48,127 nucleotides of DNA from a virus (Duplodnaviria; Caudoviricetes), in IMG/VR virus record IMGVR_UViG_3300022177_000081, positions 1 to 48,127 of that record; one strand, given 5' to 3'. Shown here piece by piece: positions 33,081 to 42,835 of the stretch; positions within the stretch are counted from its first letter, which is position 1; every line of letters begins with the position of its first letter. The notes under the pieces were generated by a model that made no database searches, was not told where the DNA came from, and saw nothing but the letters and a program-made list of their open reading frames with translations. Both the position numbers and the translations under genes were made by a program.

Positions 33081-35496
33081 GAGCAAGGCCATCACGTTAG
33101 GGTTGGTGGTGGGCGCAACGCTCGCGCCTGGATTCACCACTGTATTTAAGACAGCTCGCGAACAGGCGCAAGGGTTAAAGACAGCGCTGTCCAGTTCGCG
33201 ACTGGGCGCGTCGGCCGCCGCCGACGTGGCCCGGCTCGGCGCCCGGCTTGATCGGCTGAAAGCCTCCCAGGGCGCGTTGGGCACGGACAACGTGAAGCTG
33301 GCCAATCGAATCGCACAGACACAAAAAGAACTGGGAAAAGCCCAGGCCACGGCGAGCAAGTACGGCGTCACACTGGACAACGCTTCGGCCAAGCACAAGG
33401 CGTTTGCTGCCTCCGCCGACAAGGCCAACCAATCCTTGAATCGGTTACAGGCTTCCCAGCGGCGGAAAGAGGTTCGGGACGAAGCCAGGGGTGATCTGCT
33501 CGGGGTCGCAGGGGCGACGGCTGCCTTTGTTGCCCCTGTGAAGGTGGCCATGGGTGAGGAGCATCGCCTGCGAGCCATCGGCAACATCGCTGACCTCTCC
33601 GCCCAACAAGTGGAGGAATTGGGGCAGTCCATGCGCCGTGTCGGGGGAGACGTCAACCAGACCACAGACGCCATGCTGGATGCCTACAACGTGCTGCTGG
33701 GCAAAGGCCTGGATCCCGGCCGGGCCACGGCGGTGTTGGCCCCCATCGGCAAAACGGCCACGGCCGCCCAGGCTTCGGTCGAAGACCTGTCCGTGACCAC
33801 CTACGCCCTGCTCGACAACCTCAAGCTGGCGGAAAACCAAGTTCCCAAAGCCATGGACATGCTGGCCCAGGCCGGAAAGGAAGGCAGTTTTGAGCTCAAG
33901 GACATGGCCAGGTTTTTCCCATTATTGACGGCCCAGGCCGCCACCCTGGGCATGCAGGGCACGGAGGCCGTGGCCACTCTGGGAAGTGCCCTGCAGGTGG
34001 CCATGAAGGGCGCGGGATCGCCTGAAGAGGCCGCAAACAACCTCAAGAATTTCCTGCAGAAAATGACCGCGCCGGATACGGTCAAGCGCTTCAAGGAAGA
34101 ATTCGGAGTCAACCTTGAGACGAGCATGAAGGCGGCCATGGCCAGGGGGGAGAACCCTGTCGAATACATGATCGGCCTGATCAGCCAACTCACCAAGGGG
34201 GACAAGTTTCGTATCGGTGAACTGTTCGGCGACATGCAGGTTGGCAATTTCCTGGCCCCCATGCTCCAGAACATGGAGGAATACCGGCAGATCAAGGAAC
34301 GGACTCTGGGCGCATCCGGGGTGGTGGACCAGGATTTCGCCAACATGATGACCACCGGGACCGAACGCATCAAATCCGCCACGATCTCCCTGACCCGGCT
34401 TGGATCGACGTTGGGATCTGTGCTGCTGCCCACCGTGGGGGCCGCCGCCGAGAGTCTGGGGTCGATGGTCAGTGTGGTTGCCGATCTGGCCCAGCGATAT
34501 CCGAACCTGACGACAGTGATCGCCTTTGCGGCTGCAGGACTGGTGGGATTCAAGGTGGCCGTGTTGGCTGCGCGCATCGGCGGAACGTTGCTGATGGACG
34601 GCGTCAGCCTGGTCACCGGGGCCTTCCGGCTGTTGCGGCCGTCGGTTATCGCGGCCAACGCCAGCATGTTGTGGAGCCGAACCGTCGCCCTGGCCTCGGC
34701 CGCCGCACATGGAGTCTGGCAAGGGGCGATCCTGGTAGGCCGGGGAGTTATGCTCGGTTGGGCGGCCGTGACCGCTGCCGTGACCGCGGCCCAGTGGCTC
34801 TGGAACGCCGCACTGACCGCCAACCCAATTGGTGTGGTCATCATGGCCGTGGCCGCCCTGGCCGGGGCCGCCTACCTCATTTACGAGAACTGGGAGCCGA
34901 TCAAGGCCTGGTTCGCCGACCTGTGGGACTCCATCACCGGGTTTTGCGGCAAGGCCATGAACGAAATCACCAGCCTGATCACGTCGCCTCTTGGTTTTTT
35001 GGAAGATAAACTGGGAACCGTCATGGGCTGGCTCGGAATTGGCGGCAAGGATGCTGCCGAGGATGTGGCCAAGGTTGCCGCCGATTTGGGCCAGACCGTT
35101 CCCGAGCCAGCCAGTCCGGCCCCGGCCGCGTCGCCCGCCGCCGGTGTCAAGCCCGCCACCCTGGCCGGGATGACGTCCGAAAAGGCCCAGGCCCTGGCCT
35201 CCGATCCTGCATGGCAGTCGCCCAAGCATCAGGAGATCCTGCAGCGGGCCATGGGCGGGCAGGGCGGGCAGGGTGGTCAGGCTGCCCCCGCGTCCCTCCC
35301 GTCCGGGCCGCCCGCCTCGGGGAAGGGTGGACCAGCCGGGTCGGGGCTGGTCGTGAACAACAACGTCACGGTGACCGGCGTCGGCCTGGAGCATGTGCAT
35401 CAGATCGTGAAGGCGGCCATGGACACCTTCTCCCGAGACCTGGAATCGCGCCTTGAGGCCATGCGTTCGCAGCAGATGAGGCGGTCCTATGGCTGA
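33079..35496 (+). CDS. Tail tape measure protein (TP901-family core)
   Basis: 805 aa, Ala-rich; AGKEGSFELKDMA, EAANNLKNFL and ANPIGVVI..VAAL..IYENWEPIKAWF motifs. Confidence 0.95.
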   Translation: MSKAITLGLVVGATLAPGFTTVFKTAREQAQGLKTALSSSRLGASAAADVARLGARLDRLKASQGALGTDNVKLANRIAQTQKELGKAQATASKYGVTLDNASAKHKAFAASADKANQSLNRLQASQRRKEVRDEARGDLLGVAGATAAFVAPVKVAMGEEHRLRAIGNIADLSAQQVEELGQSMRRVGGDVNQTTDAMLDAYNVLLGKGLDPGRATAVLAPIGKTATAAQASVEDLSVTTYALLDNLKLAENQVPKAMDMLAQAGKEGSFELKDMARFFPLLTAQAATLGMQGTEAVATLGSALQVAMKGAGSPEEAANNLKNFLQKMTAPDTVKRFKEEFGVNLETSMKAAMARGENPVEYMIGLISQLTKGDKFRIGELFGDMQVGNFLAPMLQNMEEYRQIKERTLGASGVVDQDFANMMTTGTERIKSATISLTRLGSTLGSVLLPTVGAAAESLGSMVSVVADLAQRYPNLTTVIAFAAAGLVGFKVAVLAARIGGTLLMDGVSLVTGAFRLLRPSVIAANASMLWSRTVALASAAAHGVWQGAILVGRGVMLGWAAVTAAVTAAQWLWNAALTANPIGVVIMAVAALAGAAYLIYENWEPIKAWFADLWDSITGFCGKAMNEITSLITSPLGFLEDKLGTVMGWLGIGGKDAAEDVAKVAADLGQTVPEPASPAPAASPAAGVKPATLAGMTSEKAQALASDPAWQSPKHQEILQRAMGGQGGQGGQAAPASLPSGPPASGKGGPAGSGLVVNNNVTVTGVGLEHVHQIVKAAMDTFSRDLESRLEAMRSQQMRRSYG

Positions 35497-35695
35497 TAGC
35501 TACGGCACCATCCAGGGCGACATGTGGGACACCATCGCCTACCGGATTTGGGGCAACGAGAAGCTGATGCACAAGCTCATGGAGGCCAACCCGCAGCATC
35601 GCCACGTTGTGGTGTTCGCGTCCGGGGTGCGGCTGGCCGTCCCGGAACTTGAGGCCGAACTAACCCGGCAGGCCATGGACCCGCCATGGAAATGA
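35489..35695 (+). CDS. Tail protein X (LysM-like)
   Basis: TIQGDMWDTIAYRIWG...LMEANP...PPWK. Confidence 0.9.
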   Translation: MADSYGTIQGDMWDTIAYRIWGNEKLMHKLMEANPQHRHVVVFASGVRLAVPELEAELTRQAMDPPWK

Positions 35696-36723
35696 GCGGC
35701 GTCAGCATCCCGACCCGGCAGGCGGTCTTGTCCCTGCTTTACGAGGGCAAGGACATCTCGGCCAACATCGCCCCGTTCGTCCTGTCGTTCTCATACACGG
35801 ACGAGGCGCACGGCAAGGCCGACGATCTCCAGGTGACCCTGGAGGACCGGGAACACCTCTGGAAAGGCGACTGGTATCCGGACAAGGGGGCCAAGCTGGT
35901 GGCCTCCATCCGCTGCCTCGACTGGGACAAGCCGGGCAGTTCCCCCCTCGTCATGCGTTGCGGCACGTTTACCGTCGACGAGGTCGAGCTCTCCGGGGCC
36001 CCGGACACCGTGTCCATCAAGGCCGTGAGCGCGGCGGTCACCACCTCCCTGCGCCAGACGAAGAAAACCAAGGCCTGGGAGAACGCCTCGCTCAAGCAGG
36101 TGGCCCAGGACATGGCGGATCAAAACGGCCTGACGTTGCGGTACGACGGCCCGGATTTTCCATTTCAGCGCATGGATCAGCGCGAGACGTCCGACCTGGG
36201 GTTCATCAAGCGCATGGCCGAGCAGCGGGGCATGAACCTCAAGGTGGCCGAGGACAGCATCATTCTCATGAGCGGCAAGGCCGGGGACGCCCGGTCACCG
36301 GCCAAGACCCTGACCCGGGGCGAGAGCGCCATCAAGTCCTTCCGTTTCAAGGAAAAAACTGAGGGCGTGTACGGCGGGGGCGGGCAGGTGAATTTCGCCA
36401 ACCCCGTGACCAAGGACACGAGCTCGTACGTCAAGGGCGGCTCCGGCCGGGGAGGGGACACGCACCGTGTGAATCGGCGTCTGGATCCTCTTGACGACGG
36501 GGTGGTCCTCGCCGAGGCCGAGGCACGCGGAAAAAACAAGCAGGAATTTGAGGGCAGCCTGACGCTGCTCGGCGATCCCGACCTGCGGGCGGCCATGAAC
36601 GTCGGGGTGGCCGGGTTCGGCCGCTTCGACGGGACGTATGCCATCGAGACGGCCACCCACGCCTATGACCGGAGCTCCGGCTACACGACGGACCTCAAGC
36701 TCCGCAAGACCCTGGGGTACTGA
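35692..36723 (+). CDS. Baseplate hub / late control protein D family
   Basis: SFSYTD...ADDL, GTFTVDE, QRETSDLGFIKR, GFGRFDGTY; ATGA-coupled start at 35692. Confidence 0.9.
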   Translation: MSGVSIPTRQAVLSLLYEGKDISANIAPFVLSFSYTDEAHGKADDLQVTLEDREHLWKGDWYPDKGAKLVASIRCLDWDKPGSSPLVMRCGTFTVDEVELSGAPDTVSIKAVSAAVTTSLRQTKKTKAWENASLKQVAQDMADQNGLTLRYDGPDFPFQRMDQRETSDLGFIKRMAEQRGMNLKVAEDSIILMSGKAGDARSPAKTLTRGESAIKSFRFKEKTEGVYGGGGQVNFANPVTKDTSSYVKGGSGRGGDTHRVNRRLDPLDDGVVLAEAEARGKNKQEFEGSLTLLGDPDLRAAMNVGVAGFGRFDGTYAIETATHAYDRSSGYTTDLKLRKTLGY

Positions 36724-37400
36724 TGTTCTCGAATATCGAAGCCCGGCTGAACCGCCTCGAGGAGATGGTCCGCCACGTCGTTCGCGTTGGGATCGTGGTC
36801 TCCACGGACCCCGCCGCCGGAACGGTTCGGGTCCAGATCGGCGATGCCGACGGTCTGGTCACCCACAACCTGCCCGTGCTGCATCGGCAGACGTTGCGCA
36901 ACAAAGACTACGCCATGCCCGACCCGGGCGAGCAGGTTTTGTGCGTGTTCCTACCGCTTGGAATCGAGCAGGGGTTCTGCCTCGGCTCGTTTTATTCCCG
37001 GGTAGACGGCACACCGGTCCAGGACCAGGACAAGCGCCACGTCACGTTCGCGGACAAGACCCTGCTCGAATACGACCGTAAAAACCATGAACTGCGGGCC
37101 AACGTACGCGGCGGCATTGAGACCTCGGCGCTCAAAAAGCTGGAGCGACACCGGGCCAACGAGAGCAACATCCTTTTCAAGGTCAAGCCGGACAAAATGA
37201 TTCCGGACGAACCGCCCGGCATCCCGACTGCGGAGGATTGGCTGAAGGTCAAGGGGCAGGGCTATTTCGGCGTGGATGCCGAGCGCATGGTGTTCTTGAA
37301 CGCGAAGTACATCGTGCTTCTCGGGCAACTCATACAAGGCCCGTGGGTGCCGGATCTGATCGACGACAAGGTGTTCAGCGATGAGGCCAGGGAGGAATAG
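36723..37400 (+). CDS. Baseplate spike protein V
   Basis: VRVGIV...VRV, MPDPGEQVLC and F.D.T.LEYDR OB-fold motifs. Confidence 0.88.
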   Translation: MFSNIEARLNRLEEMVRHVVRVGIVVSTDPAAGTVRVQIGDADGLVTHNLPVLHRQTLRNKDYAMPDPGEQVLCVFLPLGIEQGFCLGSFYSRVDGTPVQDQDKRHVTFADKTLLEYDRKNHELRANVRGGIETSALKKLERHRANESNILFKVKPDKMIPDEPPGIPTAEDWLKVKGQGYFGVDAERMVFLNAKYIVLLGQLIQGPWVPDLIDDKVFSDEAREE

Positions 37401-37402
37401 CG

Positions 37403-37789
37403 ATGGCGCTGGTGGGCAGCTTGGGCGACGTGGCGTTCGAGGTCGGCGATGACCGCATCATGACCTGGAACGACTGTGTCCGGGACACCACGATGAACTT
37501 CGCCCAGCATGACGTGATCGAGGGCAAGGCCAGGCTGCAGAAGCTGGGCATGGGCCTGGCAGAATTCTCCCTGGCCATCATCCTGGATGCCGGGTTCTGC
37601 ACCCCGGAAATCGAGATGAAAAAGTTAGACGCAATGCAGCAAAGCGGAAAGGCTTTCCGGCTCATCCTTGGCGGCCGCATTTTTGGAAAATACGTGGTCG
37701 AGAAAAAGACCGAAAACCGGGCCAGGACAGACCCCAGGGGGCGACCCATGGTGGCATACGTGCAGTTGCAACTGAAGGAATACAACTGA
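37403..37789 (+). CDS. Tail protein, P2 gpU family
   Basis: GSLGDVAFEV, HDVIEGK, LILGGRIFGKYV, LKEY. Confidence 0.85.
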   Translation: MALVGSLGDVAFEVGDDRIMTWNDCVRDTTMNFAQHDVIEGKARLQKLGMGLAEFSLAIILDAGFCTPEIEMKKLDAMQQSGKAFRLILGGRIFGKYVVEKKTENRARTDPRGRPMVAYVQLQLKEYN

Positions 37790-38121
37790 TGTACGAGGTT
37801 ACCGCAGCGACGCAGCCGCCTATCGTCATCGGCGCCACGGGCATCGGCGAGATCCTGCAGAACGTGCGCACGATCCTGGCCACCATGTCGTGGTCCGTGC
37901 CGCTCGACCGGGCGTTCGCCGGGGGCGGGGATTTTTTGGACTCGCCGTCGCCGTTCGAGGCTCAGCGGCGCATGGCCGGGATCGTCGAGCAGGTCGAATC
38001 CTACGAGCCGCGGGTCAAGGTTACGGGGATCCGCTTCGAGAAGTTCACCGCGGCCGATCACATGGACGGCCTGCTGGCCCCGGTGCTCGAGTTCACGCTG
38101 CGGGAGGGTGTCACGCCATGA
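37789..38121 (+). CDS. Baseplate wedge protein W / gp25-like
   Basis: ILQNVRTILAT..SVPLDRAF, YEPRVKV. Confidence 0.88.
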   Translation: MYEVTAATQPPIVIGATGIGEILQNVRTILATMSWSVPLDRAFAGGGDFLDSPSPFEAQRRMAGIVEQVESYEPRVKVTGIRFEKFTAADHMDGLLAPVLEFTLREGVTP

Positions 38122-39227
38122 CCTTGCCGGACATCATGTTTTGCCCCATTGACCCTGCCCAGGCCCAGTCCGACGTCATTGCGTCCTACGAGCGCATTAC
38201 CGGGCTGACCCTGGCCCCGGGCGCGCCGGAACGGCTGTTCCTTGAGGCCGTGGCCGTGGTCCTGACCCAGCAGCGCTACCTGATCGACTGGACGGGCAAG
38301 CAAAACCTGCTCGCCTATGCGACAGGCGATTACCTCGACCACCTCGGGGCGTTCTATGCCTGCCCCCGGCTGGCCGCCACGGCCGCCACGGTCACCATGC
38401 GTTTCGCAACCGACGCCGTGAAGGATTTTGCGGTGCTTGTGCCTCAGGGGACACGGGTTACCCCGGACGGGAATCTGATTTTTGCGACCGGGGTGACCGC
38501 GATCATCCCGGTCGGATCGCTCTATGTGGACGTCCTGGCCACCTGCCAAACTCCCGGCCCGGACGGCTCGGGCTACGTGTCCGGGCAGATCGATCGCATG
38601 ATCGACGTATTGGCCGGAGTCACGGATGCTGTCAACGTCTCGACCTCGTTCGGCGGGGCGGATGAAGAGGATGACGCCAGATACCGGGAGCGCATCCGGC
38701 TGGCCATTGAGGCTTTTTCGACCTGCGGCCCGGAAGGGGCCTACCTGTTTCACACGCTGACGGCATCGCCCACGATCATCGATGCTGCGGCCGTGTCCCA
38801 CGAGCCCGGGCAGGTCACCGTCTATCCTCTGTGCTCCGGGGGGATGCTGCCGCCATCCGAGATCGTCGCGGCCGTGCATGGGGCCCTGGCCGGCCGGTCC
38901 GTCCGGCCCCTGACCGACATCGTCCAGGTGCGGCCGCCGGAGGAAGTGCCTTACATAGTGGCCGGGACATGGTTCCTGGACGAAGCGTCGTCATCCCGGG
39001 CTGCGTCCATCGCCTCGGCCGTCACCGCCGCCGTCACCGGCTATCTGGCCTGGCAGCGGGGGCGTCTGGGGCGGGACATCGACCCGTCCGAGCTCACGGC
39101 CAGGATCAAGGCCGCCGGGGTCAAGCGGGTGGAAATATCGGCGCCGGTCTATACGCGCCTGTCGGCCTGGCAGGTGGCCACGCCGGGCGATGTCGCCGTT
39201 GTCTTCGGAGGCATGGAAAGCGCATGA
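38118..39227 (+). CDS. Baseplate J protein
   Basis: NLLAYATGDYLDHLG, GGADEEDDARYRERI, GPEGAY, VRPLTD. Confidence 0.93.
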   Translation: MTLPDIMFCPIDPAQAQSDVIASYERITGLTLAPGAPERLFLEAVAVVLTQQRYLIDWTGKQNLLAYATGDYLDHLGAFYACPRLAATAATVTMRFATDAVKDFAVLVPQGTRVTPDGNLIFATGVTAIIPVGSLYVDVLATCQTPGPDGSGYVSGQIDRMIDVLAGVTDAVNVSTSFGGADEEDDARYRERIRLAIEAFSTCGPEGAYLFHTLTASPTIIDAAAVSHEPGQVTVYPLCSGGMLPPSEIVAAVHGALAGRSVRPLTDIVQVRPPEEVPYIVAGTWFLDEASSSRAASIASAVTAAVTGYLAWQRGRLGRDIDPSELTARIKAAGVKRVEISAPVYTRLSAWQVATPGDVAVVFGGMESA

Positions 39228-40543
39228 GCGGCGTTTCCCTGCAGACCCTGGCCCTGACGGACATCCTGCCGCCGTCCATTTCCTGGGATGCGACGATCCG
39301 GGCCCTGGCCGACAGCCTGGACCCTGTGCACCAGGACGTGACCGCCACGATCCCGGTCGAGATCATCTATGCCGCCCTGGCCGCGCTGCCCGAAGATATC
39401 CTCGACGTGGTGGCCTGGGGTTGCCACCTGGAGGGATACGACCTGCTGCGGACGCGCGAGGAGCGGCTGCACGTCATCAGCCGGTTTTACGACTACCACC
39501 GCTACAAGGGCACCACCTACGGCCTGTCGCTCTACCTGCGCACGTTCCTTTCCCGCGATCTCCTGGCCTGCTCGCCGCCGACGAAATCGTATTGCGGGGC
39601 CTCCCTGACCGCCGCCGAGCGGGTTGCCTGGGAGGCCCCGCATCCCGAGGTGCGCATCTATCCCTATCGCCACGCCGGGACGCGGCAGGGGGCGTTCGTC
39701 GGTGATTTCGCCGGGGACTGCTGGCCCGGCGTCTCGGACGCCATCCTGCGCATCGGCGAACGCGTGACCCTCTACGATCCGTTGACCGGCGAGGACACGT
39801 GGCTGGATTCGTTGGCCACTTGGCGCGACACCCAGGACAGGCTCGGCCTCGAGCGTGTGACCGTGCGCCTGCCCGGGCAGGCGGGCCGGTCACTTTTCGT
39901 GGGGCAATGCCTGTTCGGGGTCACGGCGGACACCGGGGCGGCAACGCGTATGTACGTGCTGGACCTGACCGTGGGCTACGCCGACGAAATCGAACGCCGT
40001 AGGCCGTTGTCCGTGCGCCCGTCGCTTACGCCCATGCGGATCGGGTGCGACCAGATCGCGGCCCCGGGCTCGGACGGCTACGGCATTTTCCTGGGGCACC
40101 GCTGGCCGGACGCCTACGACGCCCCGGCGCATCTGTTCATGTCCGGCCGGTTTCCGATGCGGTCTACCGCCGGGGATCGCCTCTACCGCCGCACCAAATT
40201 GTTCGACCCGGCCCGGGTGGTTTTCAACCGGCGCGAGACATCCACCTTTCTGGGCGCGGTCAAACTGGGGGCGCTGCGGCCGCACTACGCCGAGGCCGCC
40301 GTGGATATGCTGCGTCCGGCCCCGGCCAGGGCCCTGTTTTGCGGCCGCCACCTGGGCATGCGGCACACCTGCGACCTGGACGCCGGGGGCTGGATCGGCC
40401 GCATGCGCCGGATTGGCCGAATGTCTGTCAGACTCTCCGATCGCATCCTCGTTTCAACGGCAAATAGGCAACAGATCCAGGCCAGCGAGTCGCTGACCTG
40501 CGGCGCCGTCATCTGCGGCGAATATCGACCGGAAACCTTCTAG
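39224..40543 (+). CDS. Tail protein I (P2 I-like N-terminus with long C-terminal extension)
   Basis: ILPPSI, LDVVAW, HRYKGT; follows J. Confidence 0.8.
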   Translation: MSGVSLQTLALTDILPPSISWDATIRALADSLDPVHQDVTATIPVEIIYAALAALPEDILDVVAWGCHLEGYDLLRTREERLHVISRFYDYHRYKGTTYGLSLYLRTFLSRDLLACSPPTKSYCGASLTAAERVAWEAPHPEVRIYPYRHAGTRQGAFVGDFAGDCWPGVSDAILRIGERVTLYDPLTGEDTWLDSLATWRDTQDRLGLERVTVRLPGQAGRSLFVGQCLFGVTADTGAATRMYVLDLTVGYADEIERRRPLSVRPSLTPMRIGCDQIAAPGSDGYGIFLGHRWPDAYDAPAHLFMSGRFPMRSTAGDRLYRRTKLFDPARVVFNRRETSTFLGAVKLGALRPHYAEAAVDMLRPAPARALFCGRHLGMRHTCDLDAGGWIGRMRRIGRMSVRLSDRILVSTANRQQIQASESLTCGAVICGEYRPETF

Positions 40544-40551
40544 GGGGAAAC

Positions 40552-42825
40552 ATGGAAACGCTCGTCATCTTTCGGGACCGGCAGGAACTGCAGGCCGTCG
40601 ACCTCAACAGCATCGGGGGGTTCGCCGACACGGCCCTGGCGCATATCGTGTCCGACGCCATCACGGCCGAGAGGCTTTTTGTAGGACTGGGCGTCACGCA
40701 GCATTCGGCCACGGAGATCGACGTCGCTGCCGGGCGCCTCTGGGACGGGGTGACCGGCAAACGGTTCGCCAAAAACGAGGCGGAGACCATCAGCCTGTTT
40801 TCGTATCTGCCCCTGGTTGACCAGAAATATCTGGTCGTGTCGGTCATCGGTCAGGACGTGGACACGACCCAGGAGCCGCGTGATTTCCTGGTTGACCTGT
40901 CGTCCGGCCAGACCGAGCCCCGTGCCGTGCTCATGCACACGGCCCGCCAGGTGGCCATCCTGATCACGGCCGGACTGGAATCGACCACGCCCCAGCGGCC
41001 CGACGCCCCGACCGGATACACGCCCATCGCCCATGTGCTCCTGGACGCATCCGGCATCCAGGCCATCGAACTGGCCGAAAACCGGCAGCTCATGCGGTTG
41101 TGGGACGTCTGGCAGCAAACCCTGGCGAATCTGGCCTGGATCAACGAGGCCACGCCCAAGCTGGCCAGCATCATGTCCGACCTGGCCAGCCTCGCGGTCC
41201 TGGCCAGGAGCAGCCAAACCACGGGGCTGGTGACGCAATTGGCGGCTGAGGTGGCCGTTTTGCGCGACAAATTGCAGCTTCCGGCCACCTACACCGAGTA
41301 TGAGGCGGACCTGTTTTTCGACGCGTCCGAATCCGACGCCGCCAACCCGGACTATCACGCCCTGTGCCGTCTGGGCCTGCGGTTCCCGTGGGCGGGCGAG
41401 ACCGAACAGCAACTGGCCCTGGCCAATCCCCTGGCCACCACCGTCAAGAACTGCAACGGATTGATCCTGCCCGCCTACACCGAAGTCGCCCGGCTCACGA
41501 CATCGGGATACGCCGGGGAGCTGCTCTTGTCACAGTATCAGTACCAAAACGTGACGACGCGGCAATGCACCCGGACCAAGCAACGCATCGAATACAGCCC
41601 GACCCGGCAGTATTGGACGTCCGGGCTGTACGGGGGGGTTGTGGACAATGGTTCGGTCGTTGAAACCGTCTTTGAAGGGGAGCTGCCCGCCGGGGTGACC
41701 CTGGGCGACAGTTCCTACACCGAGAGCTGGACGGCTGGGAGCGCCTTGTTTTGGAATCTGATCCGTGAGCGAGACGTCACCATCCACACCTGGCAGGAAA
41801 CCTATACCGTGGTGGACAGCCAGACCGAAAGCGTCAACGGCGCGATCACGGCCCAGACGTTCTTGAATTCTCAGGGGGGGTGGCTGAGCAAGATCGGCTT
41901 GACGTTCACCAAAAAGGCGGCCGACGGGGCGGTCACCATGTACCTGATGGACACCGTCAACGGCCTGCCGAACCATAACCGGGTGCTGGGAAAGGCCACG
42001 GTTGCCGCCGCCGCCATAAAAATCAAGCCTTCGGAAACGTTTTTCTCGTTCACGGAGCCCGTGTTCCTGGCAGCGGGGAGGCGGTACGCCATCGTGCTCG
42101 TGACCGCCGGAGCTCATGGCGTGGCTGTCGTCGAGGGATCAACATACGGCGCGGGCACCCTGTTTTACAGCACGGACGGGGAGTATTTCCAGGGAGATTT
42201 CCAAAAAGACCTCATGATGTCTCTGTATTACGCCAAATTCGCGAACCCCCGGACGGTCGTCGACCTGTCCCCCATCGACCTGTCCGGCGGCATCGCCGCG
42301 CTTTCCGTGTTGGCCGAATGCGTCCAGCCCGACGCCACGTCCCTGACCTACGAGTATAAACCTTCCGGGGCGAGCGCATGGACTCCGCTGACGGCCGGGA
42401 CCGCCGACAACCTACTGGGGCTCCCCGCCCTGGTCTATCTGCGGGCCGTGTTTAACGGCTCGCAGGATCTGATGCCGGGGCTGGGTCTGTCCGGCAGCAA
42501 ACTGAGGGCCCAGCGTCCCGCAACCTCGTTTCGACATATTTCGAGCCTGCGGACCCTGGCGACTGCCAAGAGCGAGATCCACGTCATCCTGCGCCTGGAA
42601 TCCTGGGATGCCACGCGGCATACCTGCGACGTGGCGCTGCTCTCCGGCGGCAACGCCTACACCGGCGCGGTTACGGACGAGCACCTGGATGCCGAGACGA
42701 TCCGTAGGACCGTGGTGTTCTCTCTTGACCCGGGCATTGCCGAATACAAAATCCGGATCGACGGCACGACCACCACGTCCATGCGTTGCTACAGTGTCGC
42801 GCAACGCATGGACGTGGCCATTTAA
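40552..42825 (+). CDS. Large baseplate / fibre-attachment structural protein
   Basis: 757 aa, beta-rich, directly after I; AQTF and GRRYAIVL motifs. Confidence 0.7.
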   Translation: METLVIFRDRQELQAVDLNSIGGFADTALAHIVSDAITAERLFVGLGVTQHSATEIDVAAGRLWDGVTGKRFAKNEAETISLFSYLPLVDQKYLVVSVIGQDVDTTQEPRDFLVDLSSGQTEPRAVLMHTARQVAILITAGLESTTPQRPDAPTGYTPIAHVLLDASGIQAIELAENRQLMRLWDVWQQTLANLAWINEATPKLASIMSDLASLAVLARSSQTTGLVTQLAAEVAVLRDKLQLPATYTEYEADLFFDASESDAANPDYHALCRLGLRFPWAGETEQQLALANPLATTVKNCNGLILPAYTEVARLTTSGYAGELLLSQYQYQNVTTRQCTRTKQRIEYSPTRQYWTSGLYGGVVDNGSVVETVFEGELPAGVTLGDSSYTESWTAGSALFWNLIRERDVTIHTWQETYTVVDSQTESVNGAITAQTFLNSQGGWLSKIGLTFTKKAADGAVTMYLMDTVNGLPNHNRVLGKATVAAAAIKIKPSETFFSFTEPVFLAAGRRYAIVLVTAGAHGVAVVEGSTYGAGTLFYSTDGEYFQGDFQKDLMMSLYYAKFANPRTVVDLSPIDLSGGIAALSVLAECVQPDATSLTYEYKPSGASAWTPLTAGTADNLLGLPALVYLRAVFNGSQDLMPGLGLSGSKLRAQRPATSFRHISSLRTLATAKSEIHVILRLESWDATRHTCDVALLSGGNAYTGAVTDEHLDAETIRRTVVFSLDPGIAEYKIRIDGTTTTSMRCYSVAQRMDVAI

Positions 42826-42835
42826 GAGGCCCGTC

